A DNA stretch of 49,084 bases, counting the filler, from Sphacelaria rigidula (lineage: Eukaryota), in NCBI GenBank assembly GCA_964200075.2. It is 3 parts of 3 records of this genome, joined end to end, with 100 filler letters (N's around TTAATTAATTAA, not from the genome) between each part and the next. Parts side by side here need not be neighbours in the genome. Positions count along the whole stretch, not along the records: positions 16,397 to 32,691 come from CAXNAA020001406.1; 2 more parts are not named here. One strand, given 5' to 3'. The translations under genes were made by a program, and so were the position numbers. Positions 20,545 through 32,791 of the stretch are shown piece after piece (the first letter of the stretch is position 1; each line of letters begins with the position of its first letter). The notes under the pieces were generated by a model. That model saw nothing but the letters and a program-made list of their open reading frames with translations. It was not told the origin of the DNA and made no database searches.

Positions 20545-23500
20545 CTACTCGCTGTCCCCAGTGTTCATCATGGCGCGACGGTGCCTGTTGAACAGCGTGA
20601 ATTGGAGCGGCTTTGTAAGGATATCGGCGTGTTGCCACTCCGGATCCACATGAACAATCCTTAGTACTCCCGTCCTAACCAAGTCCCCAATATAATGCCA
20701 CCTCACGTCGATGTGCTTACTTCGACCTGAGCTGAGAGGGTTGTCGGCTAGAGCTTTAGCCCCCTCATTGTCTTCGTAGAGAACAATATCATACTCTACT
20801 TGTCGTCCCAACACGACCTTTGGTCGTAGGAAAGACAGTACCGACCTGACAAACATGTATTCCTTCGCCCCTTCCGCCATAGCTACGTACTCGGCTTCGG
20901 TGGGTGACAGGGTAACGCAGTGTTGCGTTCGACTAGTACTTGATACTGCTATTCCCCCGTACATGACAGCTACACCGGAAACTGACCGCCGGTTTGTATC
21001 TTCCTTGGCGTAATCAGCGTCACAATAGACTGTGAACCTACTCTCCCTTGAACTAAACGTCAGACCGTAGTTTCTGGTCGTGTTGAGGTACGCCAGAACT
21101 TTCAACACCCGTCGCCACTGTCTTTCACATGAGTCATGTGATTGTCGGGCCAAGTCTCGGGCTGCATTTGCTATGTCAGGCCTGGTTACCCCAGCCAACC
21201 ATATCAAACCTCTCACGGCACTACGGTATGGCCTATCCAAAACCTTATCACCTTGCTTCACCGGTCCCAAATCTGCAAACACTGATGCGGGAATATCAGA
21301 AAATTCCGTAACTTCGAAACGCTTCAGCATGGTGTCGACAAAGGTCGTCTGATTTACGTATATTGTACCTTTTCTCCAATTCCTCTCTATGGCACACCCC
21401 ATATACCATTGGACTTCAACTAAGTTGTTCGTCGGGAATCTGTTGTTGAGGATATTATATACCCTCTCCACTCTTTTCGTTTCTCCCCCAAATAGAATGT
21501 CGTCCACATGCACAACAAGTATGACACACACTTCCCCCTTTCCTGCAGTCTGTACACACACGGGTCAACCTTACTTTGCGACACTTTTACATCCTCCATC
21601 AGTGGTTTGTTCAGGAGGAGGGACCATTGCCTCCCTGCTTGATTTACGCCGTATATGGATTTTTCTAGCCCAACCGTGCTACCTGTCAATGGGCCACACC
21701 CTTCTGGGAGCTTCATGAACACGTTCGTGCCCAGTTTGGCTCGTGCAAAAGCCTGGGTAACGTCGGAGTGATGTAGTGGCCATCCTCTTTGTACTGCCAC
21801 GGCCATGGCCAATTTTATTGATGTCATGGCCAGGGTGGCTGCAAACGTCTCAAAATAATCCACCGCGAATCTCTGGCCAAACCCACGCGCTACTAATCTA
21901 GCTTTAGCTTTAGTTACAGTACCATTAGCATCGGTTTTCCAAGGGAACACCCATTTGGCTGTGATTATGTTTATTCCTTTTGGAATTTCTCCTTTTGAGA
22001 ATGTACCTGCGGTTTCATGCCCATTCAGTTCTGCACGCATAGCACTCAACCATATTTCCCTGTATTCCGACTTTTCTATGTCTTCTACTGTTACGGGGGG
22101 AGTTTCCACATCTCTCACGTGCAGACCGATGCGGGAACGCAAACCAACACTGGACTCTTCCTCTGTCCCGTTTTCGGCTGAAAAACAAAAATACTCCTGC
22201 TCCGCAAAGGTCTCTTCGGTCAGCATGGCCGCGCTGCCTCCCACCTCTGGTCCGGCTGCTGCAGTGATCAGCTCCGTCATCCAGCACTTATCCTCTGCCA
22301 TTCCAAACAGCACAGTCTCCCCCTGAGCCCTTGCCTGATCCCTCGCCATCGCGCGGGAGAAATTTCGTTTCTTTCCCACGCCATCATTCTCTCCAGTTCC
22401 TTTGCCGCCGATGCTTGCTCGTTTTGGTCGGCTGCCGCTCTCGTCGCACTGCGCATACGACCTGCCATTTGCGGAGGCAGAGACAATTCATCGTCGAGTG
22501 CAAGACGACGTAGCTCCGTCCTTGGGATTTCTGGAACTCCACCGCGCCCCCCGTCATTGCGCTCAGGGGTGTCTACGGTTGTCGGCCTTGTTGCTGTCGG
22601 CGTTGACGGCGGCGGTGTTGCTGTCGGCGGCGACGTGGCTGTCGGCGGCGATGTGGGGGGCGGCGGCGATGTGGGGGGCGCTGATCCCCGTCATCAATGA
22701 GATGTCGGACAGGGTTGCGTAAAATCCCGCGCCCCCCCCCCCGCTTCTGCAAGGAAGCGACGAGGTCATCTCACCCCCCCAGCCAATAGCGGGGGTCTGT
22801 TGTGCCGCTTCTGCGTCCAGCTCTGGGTTGGGGAGCAAGAACGACACGTGCCGTGAACCGCGGGGTGAAGCACGCGCCGCCGGAGTTCTGCCGGCCGTCC
22901 CTCCCTCGATCTTGTCATCCCTCGCTCCGTCGGGCGTCGGGATCGCTTGTTGTGGGGCAGGGAGAGGAGTAAGGGGGCATACGCCCATGTTACGTGCCTG
23001 GTCGTAATAGTTTGTCCTGTTTCCGTCATCACTCTCATAGCATCGCGCGGGTATCCTGGGGCTGGGCTAAGGTACCAGCACCTCTGAGCTTTTCGTTGTA
23101 ACTTGTCTGTCCTCTGAACCCTACAAAATCCAGGCTTTAGAAAAGGAAGAAGGTTGTTTTCCGGTGGTACTCCGTGCCACATTTCGTGTGGCGTCTTCTT
23201 TCCCGGGTTAACCGAGGTCGCAGTACAGTTCAAAGCATGGCATGCCCAGTTAGCTTGTTCCGCCCACAGGTTCTCGCTAGTTGGGGTATTCTGATTCGGG
23301 TACATCTCCGATGCCTGAATTTTGGCTGCAAGGCCGGCCGACTCTATGATGCCAGTTGCACGCTCCGCTACACCGTTGAACTGTGGGGAGTCAGCAGTTG
23401 TTTTCTCTTGTTTTATTTTTTTCTCTATCACATAGCTCCTCGAACGCCCCCTCCGAAAATTCACCTCCACCATCACTGCGGACCTTCTCGATTTTTCGCG

Positions 23501-25841
23501 GGTGGATTTGAGCTATGTATTTACTTAAGTACTGTATGGACTCGTCCTTTGTGCGCAGAAAAAATAATCTAGTGTGCCGCGAGCAATCACCGCGTACTAT
23601 CATTATGTACGACTCTCCTGCCCGAGATCTAACTGGTTTTGGGCCTGTGAGATCAACAAACACTCTGGAAGCTGACTCAACTGCTCGTGTATGGGTCGAT
23701 CTTGGGATGGGCTGCCGAAGTCCCTTTCTTTCCGAGCATCCTCGGCACGGTCTCAACTCGCCCCGCAGCTCCACTCCGAGCTGCTTTGCAGTCCGCCGGA
23801 GCAGGTCCTCGTGAACATGCGCGTGTTTGCAATGGAAGTAATGAATATCTTCAACTTGGGGACTGGGAAGTTTCCCCGGGGCAATCACAGCGCATGCTGT
23901 CGCATGCTCGTCATGACCTTGTGGATAAATGCGTTGGGCGTACATTATCAACTGTCTGTGCTGACCGGGGATTTTCAGGGTATTGCCTGACTTTAACTCA
24001 ACCCGGAAGCCGTTACTAGACCCAATGTAGGTGTGACCCGCGTTGGACATCCTGGTCAGTGACAACAGATGGTGACGGACACAAGGTGCGTGGTCTACAT
24101 TTTTCAAATGCAAGACTATATCACGCCCGTCAGATCGTAAAGAAAGAGACAAATTACCTCTCCCCACGATCGGGTAGGTACCACCGCCCGCACACCGTAG
24201 TACCCTTCCACTGCATTTTCTATAGTCCACCATCTTACTTGAATCAGGAGAAAAGTGCGAAGTGGCCCCCGTGTCAAGTATCCACGGTTCGTCCCCATCT
24301 GACTGCTCTACACCCCCCTACCCAGTACCAAACGCATACTCGCCTGTGTTGACCTCCTCCACCGTCATGTCGAGGCTGGTGAATGCTTCTGCATCAGCAT
24401 CCGAACAGACGGAGTCGTCGTCCACGAAGTCTTCCGCCACGCCCATCACAATCGCCGCGTCTTCCACAGTTCTCTGACAGTCAATCAGTTGATGTCCTCT
24501 CTTCCCGCACCTAACACAACGCCTGTCTGGACAGTCTCTCGCCCGATGTATGATCATCTTCTGACGAACGTGGCACCTCCACGGCGTCGCAGCCCCCGAC
24601 TGGCTCGTTGACGATGAAGCCGGCGACTGGTTGTTTTTGTCCTGCCCCCCATCACCTGCGCGGCCTGGGTTCTGGGTCTTCCCCGGTTCACCTTTCCGGT
24701 GTGAACCGTTAGGTTTGCCGGGATGGCCCTTGACAGCAAGAGCCTGGTCGCCCGGGGAAGCCTTCTTCCCCTTGGCGAGTTCCTGCTTGAAAAGTGCCGA
24801 TTCGTAACGTTTTCGAACCGACCTCACTACGACTTCCCTCGTGAGTGGACCTTCGCGCTCCTCCAACGCCTGTTTTTGGTAGTTATACTCGCAAGATAGC
24901 GCATTGACAATTTGAGGAGGGTTTGCGCCTCCGTCAGGATGATGTTGGTGTCGTGAGATTGTAACTCTCTCGCCACCTCTTCCATCTCGATTAGTTTTTG
25001 AACAGGGTCATCGCGAATACCAACCTTTACGTGATCACCCTTTTCTAGTAGATCTAATCTAGCTCCGTTGGTCTTGGGGCTGTAGAAATCATTTAACTCA
25101 CGCCACACGGCTGCTGGAGACGGAATTCGGAACAAAAACATCCCGATCCCGCTTGTGTTCGAGACTCGCCACCAACATTTGCCTCGCTCTCATGTTTGCA
25201 GCTACAGTGCCCTTCCCGTGCCTTGCTTCAAGATAACTTAAGGATAATGCTTTGTTTCCCACCTCCACATCGTATGTCCTATATTTTGACATAGTAAACA
25301 CCCAATCAACTGCTTCGCTCCTAGCAAACATGCTTAGTTCGTGACTGTAGTGGTTGAACTCTGAACTCTTCCCAGAGAACCTAGGCACAGTTGCCTTGAA
25401 AACCGGGACCCCGGAAATATTATGGACACTTGGTCGATCGTGACCGAACACTAAGACGGACTCACTTGCGGGGTCTGCACCCCTTGCTCCGTCGCTTGCT
25501 GTCCTGTGGTCGCTCCCGCACGGAGCTCCCTGCTCGCCCTCTCGGCTACGTCTTCGCCCGTGAGGTGTGCTGTGGCTGGCTGAGTTGTCAGCCTGGTGTT
25601 GTTGTGTTGCTTGATCTTCTTCGCTTTCGACGACGCCACTCCATCTCGCGTCTCCGGACTCCCTATCTTCGATGCCATGTACTCCACCCTGTATTACAGT
25701 TTGTGTAGATTGTACATATTTAACCATCTCTGCCAGCGTGCTTAACTGACCACTGAACAGACTCATCATACTTTCAAGCTGACTCGTGAGCCCGTCTAAT
25801 CTTTCTTCTGAAGACGGAGCGTTACCATCGTTCCTAGCCAT
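20545..25841 (-). pseudogene. Copia gag-pol polyprotein, broken by frameshifts and stops
   Basis: Successive minus-strand ORFs 25098-25841, 24827-25141, 24318-24866, 23391-24233, 22766-23476, 21420-22379 and 20545-21561. Confidence 0.95.
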
Positions 25842-25866
25842 ACTTGCCCAATCGATTGATTACTAG

Positions 25867-26123
25867 TGTATTCCTTGGCTCAGGCACAGGGAAATGGTTT
25901 CAGATCTTTTATTGAAGAGCACCCAAGTTCTACTATAACTTGGGAGAGTGCTGATGAGATGGTGGGTAGATGAATGAGAGTGATCGAGGGTGGCGGACTG
26001 CTCCGCTGCTCTCAGCTGTACTGTACCGCATTTGCACACACTTGACTGTCGGTGCTCGTACGTCACCGCGACCCCCGGTTCTACGTAGATTAAGCATTAC
26101 TGTGTATCTGAATCACTCGAACA
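25867..26123 (-). repeat. Copia 5' LTR
   Basis: TGTTCGAGTG...GGAATACA on the minus strand; about 90% identical by eye to 19983-20236. Confidence 0.92.
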
Positions 26124-26813
26124 AGCCTTCCGTACCCCCATCCGGGGTTAGGGTATACCGTTACAGACACACCCGATTGCAGGTATGAGCACAGGTATAT
26201 ACCTTGGGGAGGTACGGATATAGGTTCAATCCAAACACAACCTCATGACCTGAACAGGTACCTCCCATCGATCAACCCACCCAACTCCTTCATTCATAAC
26301 TGCACACCATAATTCAATGTTGAAAAGTTCTCCAGGAATCTGACGGGACACAAGGTACCGCTGAGTGGAAACACGAAACATGAGCAGCCCTGCAAACCGT
26401 CAGGATGGATCACCCCGAGACTTGAGTGGTGGCTCGAGCGGGGACGGTTCATCTGCGCCACTAGAGGATCAAGTAGCAAGACGCACGTCATCGACGTTGA
26501 TGGTGGTTGTGTCGTGGTCATCAAACCCCAGGCCGTTATCGACATGTACAGCAAGAAGTATGAGCTGCCACCGAAAGTCGCGTGCCAAAGGCTTCCAGAG
26601 AACGGGCAGCCGTGAATGCTCCTTCATGTACTCTCTGGGAGTGTACGTAAAGCTGACAGATGTTGACGATCCCGTGCACATGTACTACTGCGATTGTTTG
26701 CGTAGTCTTTCTCAATCAACCCCGTGAAGCCGTTCAGAGTTTTCGTGAGCTGTCATCTGTACTTCGCCACTGTTGTAGTGACGTAGGTCCCGCCCCAGGG
26801 GTGATGATAATTC

Positions 26814-27351
26814 CAAGGTCGTGTTTTGTAGGCTACGGTTTTCTGTATACCCGGGGGGTTTTGCCGGGTGTTTACCGTACCCGACAGTTTTGTAAACTCT
26901 GTAAGATCTCCATACCCGTACTCGATAGTTCTGTAAGTTCTGTAAGCCTGCTGTACCGTTACCGGGGGGTACGGATATGCTCTTGATAAGATACCCGGTT
27001 GCGGGTACGGTTTTCTGTGCAACCTCGATACCTTACCCAACAGTTTCTGTGAGTTCTGTAAGCCTCACATACCCTTACCCGACAGTTCTGTGAGTTCTGT
27101 ACAAAACAATTACCCTAACGCGAGGGGCGGATATACCCTGAAAGAGTTAACCAATTGCCGGTACCGGTTTTCTGTAAGCCTCCCATACCGTACCTGATAA
27201 GTTCTGTAATTTCTGTAAGATTTTCATACCGGTACCCGACAGCTCTGTAAACTCTGTAAGAGCTTCATACCGGTACCCGGCAGTTCTGTAAGTTCTGTAA
27301 GGAATCTCATGCCCTACAGAACGTACCCGTACCTTACAGAACACAACCTTG
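26814..27351. mobile_element. hAT-like MITE (538 bp) with many internal ttctgtaag/tacccg repeats
   Basis: TIRs caaggtcgtgttttgtagg and rc caaggttgtgttctgtaagg; degenerate 8-bp duplication gataattc/gttgattc (6/8); repeated units gttctgtaagttctgtaag...catacc.gtacccgaca. Confidence 0.72.
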
Positions 27352-28141
27352 GTTGATTCCACTACACTACAGAATACCTACAGATGCGGCCACCACTCAA
27401 GAAACTCTTATTTTGCGCGAGGCTCGAGGCTGTGACGAAATTACGCCGTTACGTTGAGTTGGTAGTGATGATCTGGATAATGAGCGGGAACACTAGGTTG
27501 ATACCCTGGCGTGTCTAGGTGGGTGCCTTGGATGGTCACTCCTGAATAATGAGAATATTGTAAAGGCTGACAACTGAAACTGAGGCCAGTAAGACTGGGG
27601 AGTCCCTCAACAGCAGTGATCCAACAGTACTTCCACTGGCTGGCGTCACAATATCGATATTGGTGCTATAGTGCTAGTGTTAGTGCTAGAAATCTGCTGA
27701 AAAGGATTTCGGCGGAGTGAGTCTGGCAGCTGGGGACAACCTGACACCAAGGACGCGTGACGGGGGTTCAAGCTGGTGGTGGCTGCAGACCAAACAAACG
27801 AATCACAAGGCTCATTTCCTCTGTGGACGTAACCCAATATGATAGCGACTATATATATATATATTTATATGTAGATTTTAGTGCAGGATTCTAAACTAAG
27901 CACATATTGTTACGGTCAAGTTTTTGAATTTCTACTATGTCGAGTCTGGATTATTAACCCTCTTGGCACCCTGGGTTTTCGAAAACAATATCATGGAGCT
28001 AAAAAAACGAATTTGGTGCGCCGTGATTGGTCTACGGTGCACAGTCCTGAAAAAAAAAGACACACACACTGCTCACTGACTTTTTTCTTGTTTCCACCAA
28101 CAAAGAAGGTCTACTTGGTTAATGTACAGGATGCGTCCCCA

Positions 28142-31100
28142 CACACGCGGCCATTCGGCTACCCCCTTGAAACCCTCTATCGCGATTTTCATCCTCTCGA
28201 GGGTGAAGTGACCCTCCGGAGGATAAAAATACGGGCAATGGTCTAGAAAAGGTATATCTTCTCGTTTTTTGCCTAAGAAAGGCATAAAAAATGACCAGAA
28301 ACGCGAAAACAGCAAAACACACGATCTACACCGATTTCACTTCCTATTTTTCTCACACAGCAATCGGGAGGCTCCTCGGCACCCGAGCCTCGAAAAAAAC
28401 GGGAAAAAAACATGTTACTCGCGAGATATGCCCATGTGCAGAAGGACGTCTCGCCTTCAGAAATCACTTACCCTTTCTAGACCACATTTGAGCCAGGTAT
28501 ACCTGATCTAGGAATTACTTTTCAATCGTACCTTCTCTGGGCCAGCAGTCGGCCTAGAAAGTATCTGTCCTGGGCCATCACTTCCCACACTGTACCTGAT
28601 GCGGCACACTACGCGCAAGGGAATCTACGCGCCAACTCAAACCATGGCGCCCACACACTCGGCTCTTTTCCCAAAAATTTGCCGTTCACGATCGCCACAA
28701 CGACCACATGTTACTAACCCTGACGCCACAACCATTTAAGCTGTTGGGACCGGACTCGGCACAGCGGTACGTTTTTGTCACTTTCAATTAGTTTTGTTTT
28801 CAAGTCGAAATGATGCCATTTTACAAAAATGTGTGAACTGGCATCATTTTAACTTGGAAGCAATACAACAAATGGACACCTGCCATCAATATATACGATT
28901 GTGGGGGAAAAGGGTCCGAGAAGGAATATGACACCAGCCCCAGATCGCAACGGCACGATGTGACGTAACCCTCCGCAAGCGCAAAAGCCCGAAGCGTTGT
29001 GATTCGTGAGTCCAGTTCTTGTGTTGATGCAGAGAGACTCGGGAATCATTACCGGGGAGAAAGGGGTGTGGTCGTTGTGGCGATCGTGAACGGCAAATGG
29101 GCGGGAAAAGAGCCGAATGTGTGGACGCCATGGTCGGAATTGGCGCGTTTAGATTCTCTTGCGCACAGTGTGCCGCATCAGGTGCAGTGTGGGAAGCGAT
29201 GACCCAGGACAGGTACTTTCGGGGCCGACTGGTGGCCCAGATAAGGTACGATTGGAAAATAATTCCTAGATCAGGTATACCTAGGCAAAATTTGGCCTAC
29301 AAAAAGAGGTAAGCGGTTTCTGGAGGCGAAATGTCCGTTTTCGCGTGGCCATGTTTCTCGAGTAACATTTTTTTCCCCGTTGTTTTTCGAGGCTCGGGTG
29401 CCAATGGCCCCCCTGAATGCTGTGGGTGAAAAAGTCGGAGCGAAAACGGTCAAAACGGCGTATTTGGCTGTTTTCGCGGTTTTGGCCATTTTTCGTACCT
29501 TTCTTGGGCAAAAATCGAGAAGGTATACCTTTCCTAGGCCATTGCCCTAAAAATACGCTCTAGAGGGTATTGCATACTCGGTTCCGGCCATAAAACGAAT
29601 CCTCTGGAGGGCATCTGATGCTCCAGTGACTTCTGAGGTCTGAATCCCTCCAGAGTACCAAAAATATGGTGCTCTGGAGCACGTGGTTGTCGTGAACGTC
29701 CCATAGAGGGAAATATGAACAGCAGAGGGAACTATGAGCACATCATTCCTCTGGAGAAGGGATCCACTATGGCCTCTAAGGCATTTGTTGCGACGCCGGA
29801 GGACATAGCCGTGCAGTATCACCCGCCGTTCACAGATTGAATTGCAAACCCGACGACACTTATTCCCAGCTATAATACCACCACAATAACCCTGCAGCAG
29901 AAAGCACGAGTCGGGCACAGGGATATAGATACACACTGCAGTAGTTGGGTATGACGTATGTCTTGTTGGTGGAAGTTTAAACTTGAGCATCTTCTTCCAT
30001 GGTCGCGGAGTCGCGCGGTGCCGGAACCATGCGGGGTAGGGTGCGGGCAATAACCGCGGCGGCTTATTGCATACACATCCATGGACAGTAGTGCAGGTAG
30101 ACAAAGCTGCGCACACTTTTCAAGCCCTTTTCACGTCGCACTGTGAGCAGAAAACATATAACAACGTTTTCGTGAAATCGAGAGTTGAAGGTACGATTGA
30201 GAGTGAAAAGCGGTCAATTAGTGAATGAGCCGTTTCAGTTCCGAAATGCATCTCCACCAGGCCCAATATTCTCTCTGTAGAAGCTTGCCACTGAGGCCCT
30301 CGATACCTCTAAGTAGGATATCAGCGTATAGCTGTAAGCACATGGCAGTGATGCGACGACGAAAAGCACACACGGAATGAAAAATTAGTCAAGTTAAAGC
30401 GAAGGATCAAAGCCACTCCCAATCCGCACCCAACTCTCAATCTCACGAAAAGCCTTGTTATATAGTCCTGCGCTGTCTGTACTGTAATTTGCCCGCTTGC
30501 CCTTCTCGCCCTACTGACTGCAGCGGTGAGCATGCTACAAGAACGTGCGTCGTGATGTGTACTCAGTAGCTGACGGTATATAACACCCCCATGCACCCAA
30601 AGTTCCAGGCATCCGCCACTTTGTTTAGCCATACGTGGCACATATGCCGCACAAACTCTGCAGTATATTGCACCGCACGTATATACGCACGATAGAGTAC
30701 TGTCCTGCACGGTATTGTACAGTTCAGTACAGCACCAAACGTCGCTTATTGTTGTGATGATCATATCGTCATCAACTTACAGAGTTAACCACGATCATAA
30801 TTTTTCGCATTTTTATGGTAGACTCGGGACGACGGGGTTTGAAAACTTGCATATATAGAGGTCAGAGGTTCATACAGATTCTGCGCTATCAACACTAGCC
30901 AAACCTGTACAGCGCGGCCATGTGGACATACCCTCGCAATCAGTGTATGGGATTTGTGACCAGCCGAGGCTGTTGAATACTTCGACCCCTTGCCCAATTG
31001 ATATATGAATTGGGGGGCAAGAGGATGAGTTTTCAACAATTTCTGCTGTCTCTCGATTTTCATCCACTGATACAGTGCAGTATGTGGGACTTAAACAGCA

Positions 31101-31512
31101 GAAAGCTGCTCGCAAATTAGTTTCTTTTTTGCCCAATTTCATGTATTGGCGGGCAAAATGAGGATTTATTTCGAACAGCTTCTGGTGAATAAATTCCATC
31201 TGCAAGTGTATATGGGATTTGTACAGCCTCTGCTGTTCACAATAAATCATCTTTACCAGATTCCAATGATTTGTTATTATGATTTATTTCGAACAGCAGA
31301 GGCTGTAAAAATTCCAGATTTCCAAAGCACTTGTGCCTCCAAAAACAATCCAGGGGAATTTATTATCAACACAGACCGTCGAGGGCCCCAATTTTGAAAA
31401 TCCTCTAGAGGATTACGAATACCCAAGATCCTCTAGGGGGGATTCCAAAACGGACAGAACCGAAGATGACGTTTGGAAATTCCTCTACAAGGTAGCCGAA
31501 TGGCCGCGTGTG
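28142..31512. mobile_element. CACTA/EnSpm(CMC)-like non-autonomous DNA transposon (about 2.05 kb without the nested insertion)
   Basis: Perfect 22-bp TIRs cacacgcggccattcggctacc / ggtagccgaatggccgcgtgtg; 2-bp duplication CA (28140-28141 and 31513-31514); palindromic subterminal motifs of type CCTCTAGAGG near both ends (about 28193, 28213, 29558, 29601, 31402, 31430, 31482). No recognisable transposase. Confidence 0.78.
28233..29547. mobile_element. Mutator(MULE)/foldback-like non-autonomous element, 1315 bp, TIRs about 480 bp
   Basis: 28233-28708 and 29067-29547 are diverged inverted repeats starting GGGCAATGG; perfect 9-bp duplication taaaaatac at 28224-28232 and 29548-29556. Confidence 0.9.
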
Positions 31513-32043
31513 CAATATGGTCCTAAACAAATGGAGATACTTGTCATTGATTAGCTACATCAAGCTCTGGATTGGGTTCTTAGCTACACAAAACATTACC
31601 AGTAGGGTTTACAGCAGTGAGTTGCTTCAGCATGCGAGGGATCGCACAGCACACCACCACCAGCAGCGAGTTTGGCCGTCCAAGGCTTCCCACTCACTCG
31701 ACAATCACACACCAGGGTTATTAGCACCGGCTGGTTAGCACCAGCGAGCATGGCGTGGAGCACGCTTACTCGAGATATTCTCAAACGGCAGACCTCGAAA
31801 AATAGAGCAGTACATCGAGTACAGCAGCAGCAGGAGTAGTGTTGTTGTATTGCTACACACATGCCTGGTACAAATGTGTGTGCACATGCCTGGTACAAAT
31901 GTGTGTGCGTCGGTTTGGTACAGCAATACTGTATACAGCAGTCTGGCAGTAGTACTACAGCAGTATAGTACAGCAGTACGCAACAGCAGTACAGATATAT
32001 GTGGTGTATGCATGACATTGTATGCATATGATGTGCATGTACA

Positions 32044-32619
32044 TGTTATCCCTTGGCTCAGGCACAGGGATATGGTTTTTTATATTTTATTAGAGAGCAC
32101 CCAAGTTCTACTGTAGCTCGGGAGAGTGCTGATGAAGAGGGAAGCTGATGAGAGTGGGAACATGAGAGTGCGGCTGGTGCGCCCGCCATCCGTACTGTAC
32201 CACATTTGCACACACTTGACTGTCGGTACTCGTACGTCACCCTGATCCCCTGTTCTACGCAGATCCAGCATTCCCAAGTATCTGGATCACTCGAATACCA
32301 CCCCTGATCGGATACCTCAGCACTCAAAGCTCAAAACAAAAATAATGTTTGAGCAGGAAAATCGGCCTTCCGAGCAAAAAAAAACATCACACAAACTCTC
32401 CACCGCTTGTGATCAAAAATAAAACAGTCCTTTTTCGTAGACGCCCAGGCCAGGGCACCTGCTCTTAACAACGGGAAATGCCCTACCAACTCATGCCCCA
32501 CAAAGTAGCGTGAGCGGCTTGACCCGATACAAGTGCAGATGCATTACACAAACCATGACCTGAAACAACTACACCTGACAAATCGAAAGACACACACAAA
32601 AACAAAATATGTGCCTACT
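32044..32619 (-). mobile_element. 3' end of a second copia copy (3' UTR, PPT, 3' LTR 32044-32297)
   Basis: Colinear with 19983-20548 up to the pol stop codon, then cut by another repeat and the gap. Confidence 0.9.
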
Positions 32620-32691
32620 AACAACCGATTTTCGAAAATGGGGTTGAAAAAAAATGAGGTTCAACTCAAAAGCCGTGCTTTCCCTGACCTA
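32620..32691. repeat. End of a repeat element running into the gap; inverted copy at 16397-16501
   Basis: aacaaccgattttcgaaaatggggttgaaaa...gaggttcaactcaaaagccgtgctttccctgacc. Confidence 0.8.
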
Positions 32692-32791
32692 NNNNNNNNN
32701 NNNNNNNNNNNNNNNNNNNNNNNNNNNNNNNNNNNTTAATTAATTAANNNNNNNNNNNNNNNNNNNNNNNNNNNNNNNNNNNNNNNNNNNN
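32692..32791. other. Scaffold gap with artificial TTAATTAATTAA spacer
   Basis: N44-TTAATTAATTAA-N44. Confidence 0.95.

Larger units (their letters stand above)
19983..26123 (-). mobile_element. Full-length degenerate Ty1/copia LTR retrotransposon (about 6.1 kb)
   Basis: Two LTRs of about 255 bp. Gag from ATG 25841 with zinc knuckle CVRCGKRGHQLIDC; protease WILDTGATSH (about 24255-24285); pre-integrase HCKHAH..CRGC; integrase VFVDLTGP, VRSDGGGEF, PQFNGVAER; RT KARLVARGFGQ, VHVDDIL; RNase H YCDADYA, TEAEY, EDNEGA, KHIDVRWH, ADILTKPL. PR-IN-RT-RH order. PPT aggggaag at 20244-20237. Confidence 0.97.

Noticed and set aside
26365-26727. Coding-looking segment between the copia and the hAT MITE
   Set aside because: No recognisable motif in any frame and no convincing splice-site pair; not part of the Agd3-like gene as far as I can tell.
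26830-27340. CRISPR-like repeat/spacer array
   Set aside because: Units are degenerate and irregular with no unique spacers, lie inside TIRs, and the context is eukaryotic with no cas genes.
27955-27980. piggyBac-like left end (TTAA-CCCT)
   Set aside because: No matching AGGG-TTAA right end found.
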